NCBI GenBank assembly: GCA_028712155.1
Contig: JAQTQO010000001.1
Coordinates: forward strand, 1,501-65,500
DNA: 64,000 bases
Origin: Patescibacteria group bacterium
GTDB taxonomy: Bacteria > Patescibacteriota > Patescibacteriia > Buchananbacterales > GWA2-38-13
Direction of reading: 5' to 3'
Below, in pieces: positions 1 through 9,391 of this stretch (its first letter is position 1; each line of letters starts with the position of its first letter). The notes below the pieces were generated by a model that saw only the letters and a list, made by a program, of their open reading frames with translations, searched no databases and was not told where the DNA came from. Position numbers and translations under genes: made by a program.

Positions 1-150
1 GTCATGAATTACTACTAATTCTCCGGTCTTACAAATGTAGACGTCCAATTCAACCATGTCGACACCGAGGGTGAGCGCTTTGCGAAATGATTGCAGTGTA
101 TTTTCGGGCGCATAGCCCATAGCTCCGCGATGACCGATTTTCATAAACAT
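1..150 (-). CDS. Glycerophosphodiester phosphodiesterase (GDPD family), N-terminal part; runs off the window start
   Basis: Manual translation: [50 protein letters not shown], with the HRG..PENT..ELDV..VIHD signature. Confidence 0.92.
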   Translation of the reverse strand, partial: MFMKIGHRGAMGYAPENTLQSFRKALTLGVDMVELDVYICKTGELVVIHD

Positions 151-621
151 AGAATCAAATCACGCATTAGTAGAATTCGTACGTTCCGTATTTAGTTTTT
201 TGCTTCGGCCCGATGCCGTGTGTGCTGGTTCTCTCCGGATTAATATTCGTGCATCTTCTGCTATCGGCATTATACCGCCGTCACCATCATGGAGCAAAAA
301 ATCGGATGAATTTTTTGGGTGCCAAATTTCTTGCTAAACTTGTTTTCATGAAGAGCAACGTCTAATTTTATTCGAAAGGCACCATCTTGGCGGGTATCTG
401 CCGGTTATTTTCCGGGAACAAAACAACACTCCTGCCATGCACCTTTGATGCTCCTTTTTTCCGGCTCCGCTCGAGGTCACTCGGGCGGCATATTTTTTAT
501 CATAAAAATATTTGCAAAACCTCCAAAAAGTTGTATAGTAAAGCAAGATTTTTCATTATAAAGCCGTAGTAATACCGGCATTTTTTAGGGTTGAAAATTA
601 CGTTGTTGGGTGTAAATTCCC

Positions 622-2022
622 ATGAAACGCTCCGAACTATTTTTTTCCGTCGCCACGGTGCCGTTGGATTACATCGCGCTGCTAGCAGCGGCGCTGTTGG
701 CGCACCGGATTCGGTTTTCGCCGCAGTTTGTCGAACTCCGGCCGGTGATTTTCAAATTGCCGCTGGAAACGTATTTCCCGTGGGCGGCGCTCGCGGCGTT
801 GTGCGGCGTGCTCCTGTTTGCATTTTCCGGCGTGTATCGCATCGCGCCGGGGAGAAAATTCGGCGAAGAATTTTCCCGGATCGCGCTGGCATGTTCCACG
901 CTTCTGGCCGGGGTGCTACTGGTCATGTTTTCCACGCGCTATTTATTTGAATCCCGTTTCATTCTGGTCACCTCATGGTTTTTCGCCGTTTTTTTTGCCG
1001 CCGGCATCCGATTGTTGATTCGGGCCGCGCAGCGGCAGCTTTACCGCATCGGCGTCGGCGCGCATCGGGTGGCGCTGATCGGGCAAGGCGTGATTGCCGC
1101 TGAACTGGCCAACGAATTTCAGTCGCGTCCGACGCTGGGCTACCGCGTTGTTGAGCGGTTTCCTGATTTCACGCCGGCGGTTCCCGGTCAGCTGCAACAG
1201 CTGGCGCAAGATGACAAGATTGACGAGGTGGTCCAGGCGACCGCGCTGAGCCAGCAGCAGACGCTCGAACTCGTTTCGCAGTTGCAGGAAGTGCATTTGG
1301 ATTATACGTACGCGGCGGATTTACTGGGGACCAAGCTGAACAATTTCCAGGTAGTCATCCAGGCCGGCATTCCTTTGGTTGAAGTGAAGCGGACGCGGTT
1401 ACGCGGGTGGGGGAGAGTGTGGAAGCGCGGTTTCGATGTCGTAATCGCCGGCCTGCTGATTGTGGTGCTGTCGCCGGTGCTGCTGGTGATCAGTATCGCT
1501 ATCGTTACCGATTCCGGATTTCCGGTATTTTTTACCTACTGGCGCGTGGGCGAACGCGCCAAACGGTTCCGGTTCATCAAGTTCCGTTCCATGGTCAATG
1601 GCGCGCACCAGCTGCGCTATGATCCGAAATTCGTGGCGCAGCAGGAGAATTTGCGCGCGGGTACACCGATGATAAAGTTCAAAAACGATCCGCGTGTGAC
1701 GCGGGTCGGCCGGTTTTTGCGGCGCTGGAGTTTGGATGAGCTGCCGCAATTGCTGCTGGTGGTGGCCGGGAGCATGAGCCTGGTCGGGCCGCGGCCGCAC
1801 GAAGTCGAAGAGGTGGCGTGTTATTCAGGCGGGCAGCGGCAGATTCTGGCGATGCGGCCGGGGATGACTGGCCTTGCGCAGGTGAGCGGCCGTTCCGATC
1901 TGGATTTTAACGAAGAGGTGAAACTCGACAGTTTCTATATTCAGAACTGGTCGCCGTGGCTGGATTTGCAGATTCTTTTGAAGACTCCGGCAGCCGTGCT
2001 GCGGCGGCGGCGTTGTGTTTGA
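622..2022 (+). CDS. Polyprenyl glycosylphosphotransferase (WcaJ/WbaP-type priming sugar transferase)
   Basis: N-terminal TM helices; C-terminal KRGFD..KFRSM..DPRVT..SLDELPQL..MSLVGPRP..PGMTGLAQV. Confidence 0.93.
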   Translation: MKRSELFFSVATVPLDYIALLAAALLAHRIRFSPQFVELRPVIFKLPLETYFPWAALAALCGVLLFAFSGVYRIAPGRKFGEEFSRIALACSTLLAGVLLVMFSTRYLFESRFILVTSWFFAVFFAAGIRLLIRAAQRQLYRIGVGAHRVALIGQGVIAAELANEFQSRPTLGYRVVERFPDFTPAVPGQLQQLAQDDKIDEVVQATALSQQQTLELVSQLQEVHLDYTYAADLLGTKLNNFQVVIQAGIPLVEVKRTRLRGWGRVWKRGFDVVIAGLLIVVLSPVLLVISIAIVTDSGFPVFFTYWRVGERAKRFRFIKFRSMVNGAHQLRYDPKFVAQQENLRAGTPMIKFKNDPRVTRVGRFLRRWSLDELPQLLLVVAGSMSLVGPRPHEVEEVACYSGGQRQILAMRPGMTGLAQVSGRSDLDFNEEVKLDSFYIQNWSPWLDLQILLKTPAAVLRRRRCV

Positions 2023-2033
2023 AATGCAGCAAT

Positions 2034-3215
2034 ATGAAAATTGCCCTCGTTCACGACCATCTCACGCAGGTCGGCGGCGCCGAACACGTGTTGCGGGTGT
2101 TGCAGGAGATTTGGCCCGAAGCGCCGACGTACACGCTGGTGTACAACGATGAGCGCGTCGCCGGTGCGGTGGATGGCCGCCGGATCCGTCCGTCGTTTCT
2201 CCAGCGTTTTCCCGGCGCCCGGCGCCATCCGCAGTGGTACCTGCCACTGATGCCGACGGCCACCGAAAGCTACGACCTGCGGGATTACGACGTCGTGCTC
2301 TCGTCGTGCTCGGCATTCGCGAAGGGTGTGATCACGCGGTCCAATACCGTACATATCTGCTACTGCCATACGCCGACCCGGTATTTGTGGTCCGACACGC
2401 AGCAGTACGTCGCCGACCTGCCGTACCCGCGGCTGATGAAGTGGTCAATCCGGCGGCTGATGACGCGGTTGCGTACCTGGGATCAGCTGGCGGCGCAGCG
2501 GGTGGATTTGTTCATCGCGAATTCGCGCAATGTCTCCGAACGCATTACCAAGTACTATCGGCGCGACTCCATCATCATTCCGCCTCCGGTGGAAATCGAA
2601 CGTTTCCGGCCGCAGCCGGTCGTTGATCGTTACTTTTTGACCGGCGGAAGAATCGTGCCGTACAAGCGGTTTGATCTCGTGGTCTCCGCCTTCAATCAGC
2701 TTGGCATTCCGCTCAAGGTATTTGGCGACGGGCCGACGCTGCCAAAACTGCGTGCGATGGCGAAACCGAATATCGAATTTCTCGGAAGAATTGATGCGGA
2801 GGCGCTGGCGACGCACTACGCACGAGCGCAAGCCTTTATCCAGCCGCAGATCGAAGACTTCGGCATCACGGCGATCGAAGCGATGGCGTCCGGCCGTCCG
2901 GTCATCGCGTTTGCCGCCGGCGGGGCGGTCGAGACGGTCGTGCCGGGAGTGACCGGCATGCTGTTTGACGAGCAATCGTGGGAATGTTTGGCCGATGCGG
3001 TGATCCGTTTTCAACCAAAAGACTTTTCGTCGGAACGCATCCGCAAACACGCCGAGCAGTTCAGCACCGCGCAGTTTCGGACGAGCATGCAAACGCTGGT
3101 TGAAACGGAGTGGCGAAAACTGCAGGAGCGGCGCTGGAACGTGCACCAGGTGACCGATGCGGTCCGGGAAGGCCGTGCGGTGTTCACGCTGCCGCCGGAG
3201 AAATCGTCCGAATAA
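2034..3215 (+). CDS. GT4 glycosyltransferase
   Basis: Start refined to MKIALVHDHLTQVGGAE; EDFGITAIEAMASGRPVI motif. Confidence 0.92.
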   Translation: MKIALVHDHLTQVGGAEHVLRVLQEIWPEAPTYTLVYNDERVAGAVDGRRIRPSFLQRFPGARRHPQWYLPLMPTATESYDLRDYDVVLSSCSAFAKGVITRSNTVHICYCHTPTRYLWSDTQQYVADLPYPRLMKWSIRRLMTRLRTWDQLAAQRVDLFIANSRNVSERITKYYRRDSIIIPPPVEIERFRPQPVVDRYFLTGGRIVPYKRFDLVVSAFNQLGIPLKVFGDGPTLPKLRAMAKPNIEFLGRIDAEALATHYARAQAFIQPQIEDFGITAIEAMASGRPVIAFAAGGAVETVVPGVTGMLFDEQSWECLADAVIRFQPKDFSSERIRKHAEQFSTAQFRTSMQTLVETEWRKLQERRWNVHQVTDAVREGRAVFTLPPEKSSE

Positions 3216-3242
3216 AAAAGAGGGCCGGCACGGCGCCAGCCC
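3214..3242 (-). terminator. Intrinsic terminator for the CDP-alcohol phosphatidyltransferase gene
   Basis: Minus strand GGGCTGGC-loop-GCCGGCCC followed by TCTTTTTT. Confidence 0.6.
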
Positions 3243-3264
3243 AATCGGAAGAACGGGAGGAAGG

Positions 3265-3882
3265 TTACGGAGTTTTGAAATCCGGGTTTCGGATGATTTT
3301 CCGAAGGAACGGCGCGGCCCGCAAGTAGTCGCACAGGGAGTAGATGGTGAAGCCGGCCATGATCACGATGAGGGTGGCGAAGAGCCAGAAAGGAAGGCCG
3401 ATGGTCCAGTCGGTGAGCCACCAGTCGGTGTTGACGGAATTCACTTTGATCCGGGAAATGAGCACGAACCCGAGGGTATAGGAACCGATGGTACGGAGTT
3501 TTCCCGACGAACGGGCAGAGATGGTCTGGTGGTGGTGGGCCGCCACGCTGCGCAGCCAGGAGACCGTGGTGTCACGGAAGATCATGATGAACGTCAGTAC
3601 GGGGAGCAGTGAGGTCGCCAGCACGTGGATGAGCGGAACGTAGATCGCCGCTACCAGGATCTTATCCGCCAGCGGATCGAATTCCTTGCCCAGATCGGTG
3701 ATCTGTCCGAAGCGGCTCCGGGCAAGCCGCCCGTCTACCATGTCGGTGACGGCGACCACGGCGAGACCGATGAGGGCGGCGAACTTGATCCGGTGGTCGT
3801 ACGGCGCCAACAGGATGAGGAAAAAGAGCGGGACGGCACCAATGATCCGCAGGAGGGTGACGAAATTTGCGCGGTTTGCCAT
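3265..3882 (-). CDS. pgsA: CDP-alcohol phosphatidyltransferase (PgsA-like)
   Basis: ANFVTLLR start; DMVDGRLAR...G...DPLADK signature; GKLRT; several TM helices. Confidence 0.85.
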   Translation of the reverse strand: MANRANFVTLLRIIGAVPLFFLILLAPYDHRIKFAALIGLAVVAVTDMVDGRLARSRFGQITDLGKEFDPLADKILVAAIYVPLIHVLATSLLPVLTFIMIFRDTTVSWLRSVAAHHHQTISARSSGKLRTIGSYTLGFVLISRIKVNSVNTDWWLTDWTIGLPFWLFATLIVIMAGFTIYSLCDYLRAAPFLRKIIRNPDFKTP

Positions 3883-3939
3883 GGGTACCTCGAGGGACTA
3901 GGGTTCGGAAACGGGGAAAAGTCAAAGACCAGCTTCGGT

Positions 3940-3969
3940 ATTGTAATCGGTAATAGAGGGAACGGTCAA
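3940..3969 (-). promoter_or_regulatory. Probable sigma70 promoter of the pgsA-like gene
   Basis: Minus strand TTGACC-18 nt-TACAAT. Confidence 0.5.
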
Positions 3970-3977
3970 ATGCGTCT

Positions 3978-5105
3978 ATGAATATCGGCGTTGACATTCG
4001 ATGCCTGGCGGAACGGTACCGCACCGGGGTGGGGGAATACACCTGGAATCTCCTGCGCCGGCTGCCCCGGTTGCTCCCCGGTGAGCGTTTTACGTATTTT
4101 TGCAACGCCGCCAAACCGGTGCGCTTGCCGGAACTGGCGGCCGAAAACGTCCAGATCCGGCTGGGCCGGATTCCCAGCAAGGCGTTCAATATTTCCGTGC
4201 GGCTGTTGGGTCGGCCGCAGCTCGATGTGCTCTGCGGTGCCGATGCGGTGTTTCTGCCGAGTCTGCAGTCGGTCGCGCTCCGCCGTTCGGCCAAGCTGAT
4301 CGTCACGATTCATGATTTATCATTCGAGCGCTACCCGGAATTTTTTTCACCCAAGGCGCGGTTGTGGCACCGGTTGGTAAACCCGCGCTGGCTGTGCCAA
4401 CGGGCGGATGCGATTTTTGCGACGTCGGAACACACGCGCATGGAGGTGGTGGAATACTATCGTATCCCGCCGGAACGCATCACGGTCACGCCGCTGGGCG
4501 TTGACGAGAGCTTCTTTTCGCGCGCGGATAGCGCAGGCCGGGCGGCGGTGCGGCAGCGCTACCAATTACCACAACGATACGTCCTGACGGTCGGTAATCT
4601 TGAACCGCGGAAAAACATTGCGTCCGTGATCGCCGCGTTCGACCGCCTGCAGCCGGATGCGGATCTCGTGATTGTCGGGCGGGCAGTCTGGAACGTCGAG
4701 ACGCTCCGCCGTCTGGCGCAGAAAAGCCGGCTGCGGCAGCGCATGCATTTTCTCGGGTACGTGGATGCCGCGGACCGGCCGACGCTGTACCAGATGGCCG
4801 CCGCATTCGTGTACCCCTCCTACTATGAAGGGTTCGGGTTGCCGGCGCTGGAAGCGATGTCAAGCGGAGTACCGGTCGTCGCCGCAGGCACGACGTCGCT
4901 GCCCGAGGTCGTCGGGGACGGCGGGCTACTGATCGATCCGTACGATGTCAACGATCTGGCAGCGGCGTTGGAAACGATTTTGCAGGATACGCGCGTGCGC
5001 TCCCGCTGCATCGAGCGGGGATTGGCGCGTGCCCGACAATTCACGTGGGAGGAAACGGCCCGGCGTTCCGCCCGCGCGATCTCTAAATTAACCGCAAAGC
5101 ATTAG
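3978..5105 (+). CDS. GT4 glycosyltransferase (mannosyltransferase-like)
   Basis: MNIGVDIR, VTIHDL, GNLEPRKN, YEGFGLPALEAM. Confidence 0.93.
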   Translation: MNIGVDIRCLAERYRTGVGEYTWNLLRRLPRLLPGERFTYFCNAAKPVRLPELAAENVQIRLGRIPSKAFNISVRLLGRPQLDVLCGADAVFLPSLQSVALRRSAKLIVTIHDLSFERYPEFFSPKARLWHRLVNPRWLCQRADAIFATSEHTRMEVVEYYRIPPERITVTPLGVDESFFSRADSAGRAAVRQRYQLPQRYVLTVGNLEPRKNIASVIAAFDRLQPDADLVIVGRAVWNVETLRRLAQKSRLRQRMHFLGYVDAADRPTLYQMAAAFVYPSYYEGFGLPALEAMSSGVPVVAAGTTSLPEVVGDGGLLIDPYDVNDLAAALETILQDTRVRSRCIERGLARARQFTWEETARRSARAISKLTAKH

Positions 5106-5118
5106 CGATTGCCGGCGT

Positions 5119-6243
5119 ATGCGTATCGGAATTGACGCGCGAATGTACGGACCCCGGGTGACGGGCATTGGAAATTACGTCCAGCATCTGACGGACGCAA
5201 TGTTTGCCCGTGACCGTGATGCGGAATTTGTGCTTTTTCTCAATCCTGACGTTTATCAGACGTTCGTTCCGTCCAACCGCCGGGTTACGGCGGTGGCGAC
5301 CGGGGCACCGTGGTATAGCTGGCAGGAGCAACTGACGCTGCCGTGGAAGCTGCGGCGTCAGCACTGCGATCTGGTACACTTTCCCAACTTCAATCATCCG
5401 TTAGGGTATCGCGGAAAATTCGTCGTCACCATTCACGATTTGACGCCGCTGCAATTCCCGGGGCCAAACCAGGTCCGGTCAAAAGTGCGCCGGGCAGCGT
5501 ACCTGGCCGTCCTGCGTTCGGCACTGCGGCGGGCACAAGCAATCATCGCCGTTTCTCAGCATACCGCCGATGAAATCAAGGCATATTACCCCGGTTGTGC
5601 GCAGCGTTTAGCGGTAATTTATCCGGGGTTATCCCCAGGTTTCTTGAAAAACGAAAATTGTGGTATAATAAATCCCCAGTTAGAACGGTGGGGGATTAGA
5701 AAAGGCTACATCTTCTACGCCGGTGTTTGGCGTGACCATAAAAATATCCCCAATCTTTTGCGGGCATTCAAGATCGTCCGGGATAAGTACGGGTTTGCCG
5801 GCCAATTGGTCGTGGGCGGTGATCAGCGCAATGCCGATCCGCAGATCGCGCGGGAACTAAAGAATTTTTCACCGCGCGAGGTCGTTGCACCCGGATTTAT
5901 TTTAGCGCAGGACTTGCCGGATTTTTACCGGGCCGCGGCGGTGACGGTGATCCCTTCGTTCAAAGAAGGGTTCGGATTGGTGGCGATCGAATCGCTGGCG
6001 TGCAAAACGCCGGTGGCCGCCTCCCAAACGACGAGTGTTCCCGAAGTTTTGGGCCGGTGCGGGCGGTACTTTCCACCCGATGAACCGGCGGTAATGGCCG
6101 AGCGCATTTGGGAGCTGCTGCAGCCAGACGCGCGCGCTGATGTACTGCAGCAGGCACCCGGTTTGGTGCAACGCTTTCAGTGGTCTCGGGCAGCCGGCGA
6201 AACGCTTTCCCTCTATCAGCGCGCAGTAAATTCAACGGCATGA
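5119..6243 (+). CDS. GT4 glycosyltransferase
   Basis: MRIGIDAR, VTIHDL, HKNIPNL, EGFGLVAIES. Confidence 0.93.
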   Translation: MRIGIDARMYGPRVTGIGNYVQHLTDAMFARDRDAEFVLFLNPDVYQTFVPSNRRVTAVATGAPWYSWQEQLTLPWKLRRQHCDLVHFPNFNHPLGYRGKFVVTIHDLTPLQFPGPNQVRSKVRRAAYLAVLRSALRRAQAIIAVSQHTADEIKAYYPGCAQRLAVIYPGLSPGFLKNENCGIINPQLERWGIRKGYIFYAGVWRDHKNIPNLLRAFKIVRDKYGFAGQLVVGGDQRNADPQIARELKNFSPREVVAPGFILAQDLPDFYRAAAVTVIPSFKEGFGLVAIESLACKTPVAASQTTSVPEVLGRCGRYFPPDEPAVMAERIWELLQPDARADVLQQAPGLVQRFQWSRAAGETLSLYQRAVNSTA

Positions 6244-9200
6244 AAAGGAAAAGAAAAAAATTGAAAACGATCCGGGTCCGGAAGCCCCCGGTGACGCACC
6301 GGCGCAAGCTGCAGAGGCGGGCGCAGCGCGGGAAGCGTAAACCGGCCCGCCGACGGATGCTGTCTGTCCGTCACGCGGTTTCTGCGGCCGTGCCTACAGA
6401 ACGGCATCCGGAGAGCGCGGTGCCGCAGCTGTCTGCGGAGTCATTGCCGATACTGGCATCAGTAGCCGACACACCGAATGTTGCGGCGTCGCAGACCGCG
6501 CAGCCATTCGAACCGGTGACGCCGGCGGTTGAGGCGGTGTCCGCGCCAGCGACCGTCGCCGAGACGGTCGCAACGGATCAAACCGACACCTCAAGTCCGG
6601 CAGTTTCCGACGCGCGGCCGCCGGAAATTAATTCTGCTTTCGCCATTGCACCGGTGACGCCGGATGAAGATTCTAATCCCACGATGGATATTCAGGACAC
6701 AACCGATTTTGACGAACACTCGGATAATCGGACTCCGACTCCGGCGCACGTGGTGTGGGTCAGCGAGATTAATGATGTATTGGAAACTCCGCCTGACGCC
6801 CTGCCGATCGTACCGTCGGAACCGGAAAATAGTGATGTCGCACCCGCAGCGCTCACCACGGTTGGAGTAACCCCGCAGCCCTTGTCCGATGACGACGCTT
6901 CCGTAGCGGAAGTGCGCCCCGCGATTTTGGAAGAACCGGAAATTCCATTGCACACCGTTGTACCGCCACAGGTCACAGAGATCACTGCGCCCGATCTGTT
7001 CGATGCGGCGGGCAATCTTACCCTGCCGCCAAAGATACAGACCCGTGCAGCGTTTACGCCAAACCTTGCGGTGACGCCGGTTCCTCCGGAGCCGACAACA
7101 GAAACTCCGGCGGTAGCGTCGGATCCTTTTGCGCCGGAGGCGGCCGAAACATTGTCCCGCATGCCGCCGGTTCAGCGGAAAAAGCGCCTGGATGGCGTCA
7201 CGGGTTTATCGGTCACCGGTGCCGTACGTTTGGCCTTCTGGCCGGTGAAATTTATTTACTGGCCATGCCGGCTGTTCGCATTACGGCGGCAGCGACGCGC
7301 CTATGAGCGGCAGTATGCAAAGCAGGCGGCGCCGATAGTGGAAACTCCGCTGTCCAACCTCGCGAGGCTGGCGCTGCAGTTCATCGTCGTTTGCGTCGTA
7401 CTGCTTCTCCCGCTGCAGATCGCCGTGTATTTGCAGGATTTGAACGACGCGCAAGACCACCTGCTGGCGCAATCGGGCATGGCGATCGGGGAATTGCGGC
7501 TAGGTCGAGATGAACTCAAGGCCTTGCGGCTGATGTCCGCCGCGGAGCATTTCCAGCGCGCGCAAGACAGTTTTTTGGCCGCCAATAAGGAGTACCGGCG
7601 GTTGAATTTTTTCACCAAAGCGATTTTGAAAACAACGCCGCATGGCCAACGGGCCCTGACCGCGGGTTTGTCCCTCCTGACGGCCGGCGAAAGTTTGGCA
7701 TCGGTCGGCAGTGAATTTTCCACCCGCGCGGCCACGGTGACGCGCGACGGCGTCGGCGAAAACTTGCCGGAGGTGCTGAACATGCTGAATGATTACACCG
7801 ACTCCATGATGGGGTTGCTGCCGAAAGTGGCGCAGGCCCGAACGGCATTGGATCGGCTCGACCTGACGCACGATCCGCTGGGCAATCGCGAGGGGTTTCT
7901 GACTGCCGCCAATGCGCTGCCGGAGCTGGAGGAGACGCTCAAAGATTCGACGGCGATTTCGCGTTCGATCTTACAATTGCTGGGCAAGGGTCAGTGGCGG
8001 CGGTATCTCGTGCTGTTTGAAAATAACGCCGAGCTGCGTGCCACCGGAGGATTTGTCGGCAGTTTTGCCCTGATGGATGTGCAGGATGGCAAGATCATCA
8101 ATCTCGAGGTGCCGGGCGGGGGAACCTATGATCTGCAGGGGCGTTTAATGGCCCTGGTGAATTCACCCGCACCATTGCATCTGGTGAACCCGCGGTGGGA
8201 GATGCAGGATGCAAATTGGTGGCCGGATTTTCCGACCAGCGCGAAAAAAACGGCATGGTTTCTCGAACAATCCCGCGGCGGCAGCGTGGACGGGGTGATT
8301 GCGCTCACCAACACGCTGGTCGAGCGGATTTTAGCCGTCACGGGGCCGATCGAATTGCCGTCCTACGGGCGGGTCATCAGCGCGGAAAATTTTGTGACGG
8401 AAACGCAAAACCTGGTGGAGATCGACTACGACCGGACCGAAAACCGGCCGAAACAGTTCTTGGCGGACCTCGCACCGCGATTGATCGAACGCATGTTGGA
8501 ACTCGACCCCGTGAAACAGCAGGCACTTTTGACGGTGCTCTACGAGGCGATCCGGGAAAAGCACCTCATGATGTACAGCGCTGATCCGCAAACGCAGGAA
8601 ATTCTGGCGTCGCTGGACTGGGCCGGTCAGCAGCAGCCCGTAGGACTGAGCGATTACCTGATGGTGGTGACGACCAACGTCCTCGGCGGAAAGTCCGACC
8701 GCGTAGTGGAAACCAATCTCCGCCATGCCGTCACCGTCGGTGAGGACGGGAAAATGACCGTGAGCCTGATGATCACCAAAACGCACCGCGGGCAGGCCGA
8801 TGATCCGTTCACCGGGCTGCCGAATCGGAGTTACCTGCGCGTGTATGTGCCGGCCGGCAGCACGCTGATTTCCGCGACCGGTTTCGCCCCGCCTGACCCG
8901 TCATTAGAGAAGGCACCTGACGGCGTTTTCACCGACGACGCGGATCTGCTGGCGATCGAAGGGCAGCACGAAATCGACGCTGCGAGCGGAGTTGAAATCT
9001 ATGCGGAGCTTGGCAAGACCGTGTTTGCGCACTGGCTGACCGTCGCTCCCGGCGAGCAGCGATCGGCGACCCTGACCTACCAACTCCCGTTCACCCTCGA
9101 TGAGGCCAACGGCAGCTACACGTTGCTCGCGCAAAAACAGGCCGGTACCGCCGGTGATGAGCTGCTCGCGACCCTGCATTTTCCGGTCACCAACCAGGTC

Positions 9201-9344
9201 GCGCGGGCGTATCCTCAAATCGGTGACGAGCGGATGCAGCAGCTGGGCAATGTGATCCAATTTCACGATCGGTTGACGACGGACAAATTTTACGGTATCG
9301 TTTTTACCCCGGCGGGAGCGGCCGCGGATAACCGCGCGCCGTAG
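6240..9344 (+). CDS. DUF4012-family membrane-anchored protein with a long low-complexity N-terminus
   Basis: ATG overlaps upstream stop; YLVLFENNAELRATGGFVGS, DANWWPDFPTSA, VDGVIA, GGKSD, YLRVYVP motifs. Confidence 0.85.
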   Translation: MKRKRKKLKTIRVRKPPVTHRRKLQRRAQRGKRKPARRRMLSVRHAVSAAVPTERHPESAVPQLSAESLPILASVADTPNVAASQTAQPFEPVTPAVEAVSAPATVAETVATDQTDTSSPAVSDARPPEINSAFAIAPVTPDEDSNPTMDIQDTTDFDEHSDNRTPTPAHVVWVSEINDVLETPPDALPIVPSEPENSDVAPAALTTVGVTPQPLSDDDASVAEVRPAILEEPEIPLHTVVPPQVTEITAPDLFDAAGNLTLPPKIQTRAAFTPNLAVTPVPPEPTTETPAVASDPFAPEAAETLSRMPPVQRKKRLDGVTGLSVTGAVRLAFWPVKFIYWPCRLFALRRQRRAYERQYAKQAAPIVETPLSNLARLALQFIVVCVVLLLPLQIAVYLQDLNDAQDHLLAQSGMAIGELRLGRDELKALRLMSAAEHFQRAQDSFLAANKEYRRLNFFTKAILKTTPHGQRALTAGLSLLTAGESLASVGSEFSTRAATVTRDGVGENLPEVLNMLNDYTDSMMGLLPKVAQARTALDRLDLTHDPLGNREGFLTAANALPELEETLKDSTAISRSILQLLGKGQWRRYLVLFENNAELRATGGFVGSFALMDVQDGKIINLEVPGGGTYDLQGRLMALVNSPAPLHLVNPRWEMQDANWWPDFPTSAKKTAWFLEQSRGGSVDGVIALTNTLVERILAVTGPIELPSYGRVISAENFVTETQNLVEIDYDRTENRPKQFLADLAPRLIERMLELDPVKQQALLTVLYEAIREKHLMMYSADPQTQEILASLDWAGQQQPVGLSDYLMVVTTNVLGGKSDRVVETNLRHAVTVGEDGKMTVSLMITKTHRGQADDPFTGLPNRSYLRVYVPAGSTLISATGFAPPDPSLEKAPDGVFTDDADLLAIEGQHEIDAASGVEIYAELGKTVFAHWLTVAPGEQRSATLTYQLPFTLDEANGSYTLLAQKQAGTAGDELLATLHFPVTNQVARAYPQIGDERMQQLGNVIQFHDRLTTDKFYGIVFTPAGAAADNRAP

Positions 9345-9391
9345 CCAATCCGGCCTGGCCGGTATCCGGTCCGGCGAGGTTTAGGTATACT

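Noticed and set aside
151-620. Short ORFs and an SD-like AAGGAG on the minus strand upstream of the GDPD gene
   Set aside because: Only 20-66 codon fragments in different frames with no recognisable product; may be a decayed gene, but I cannot support a call.
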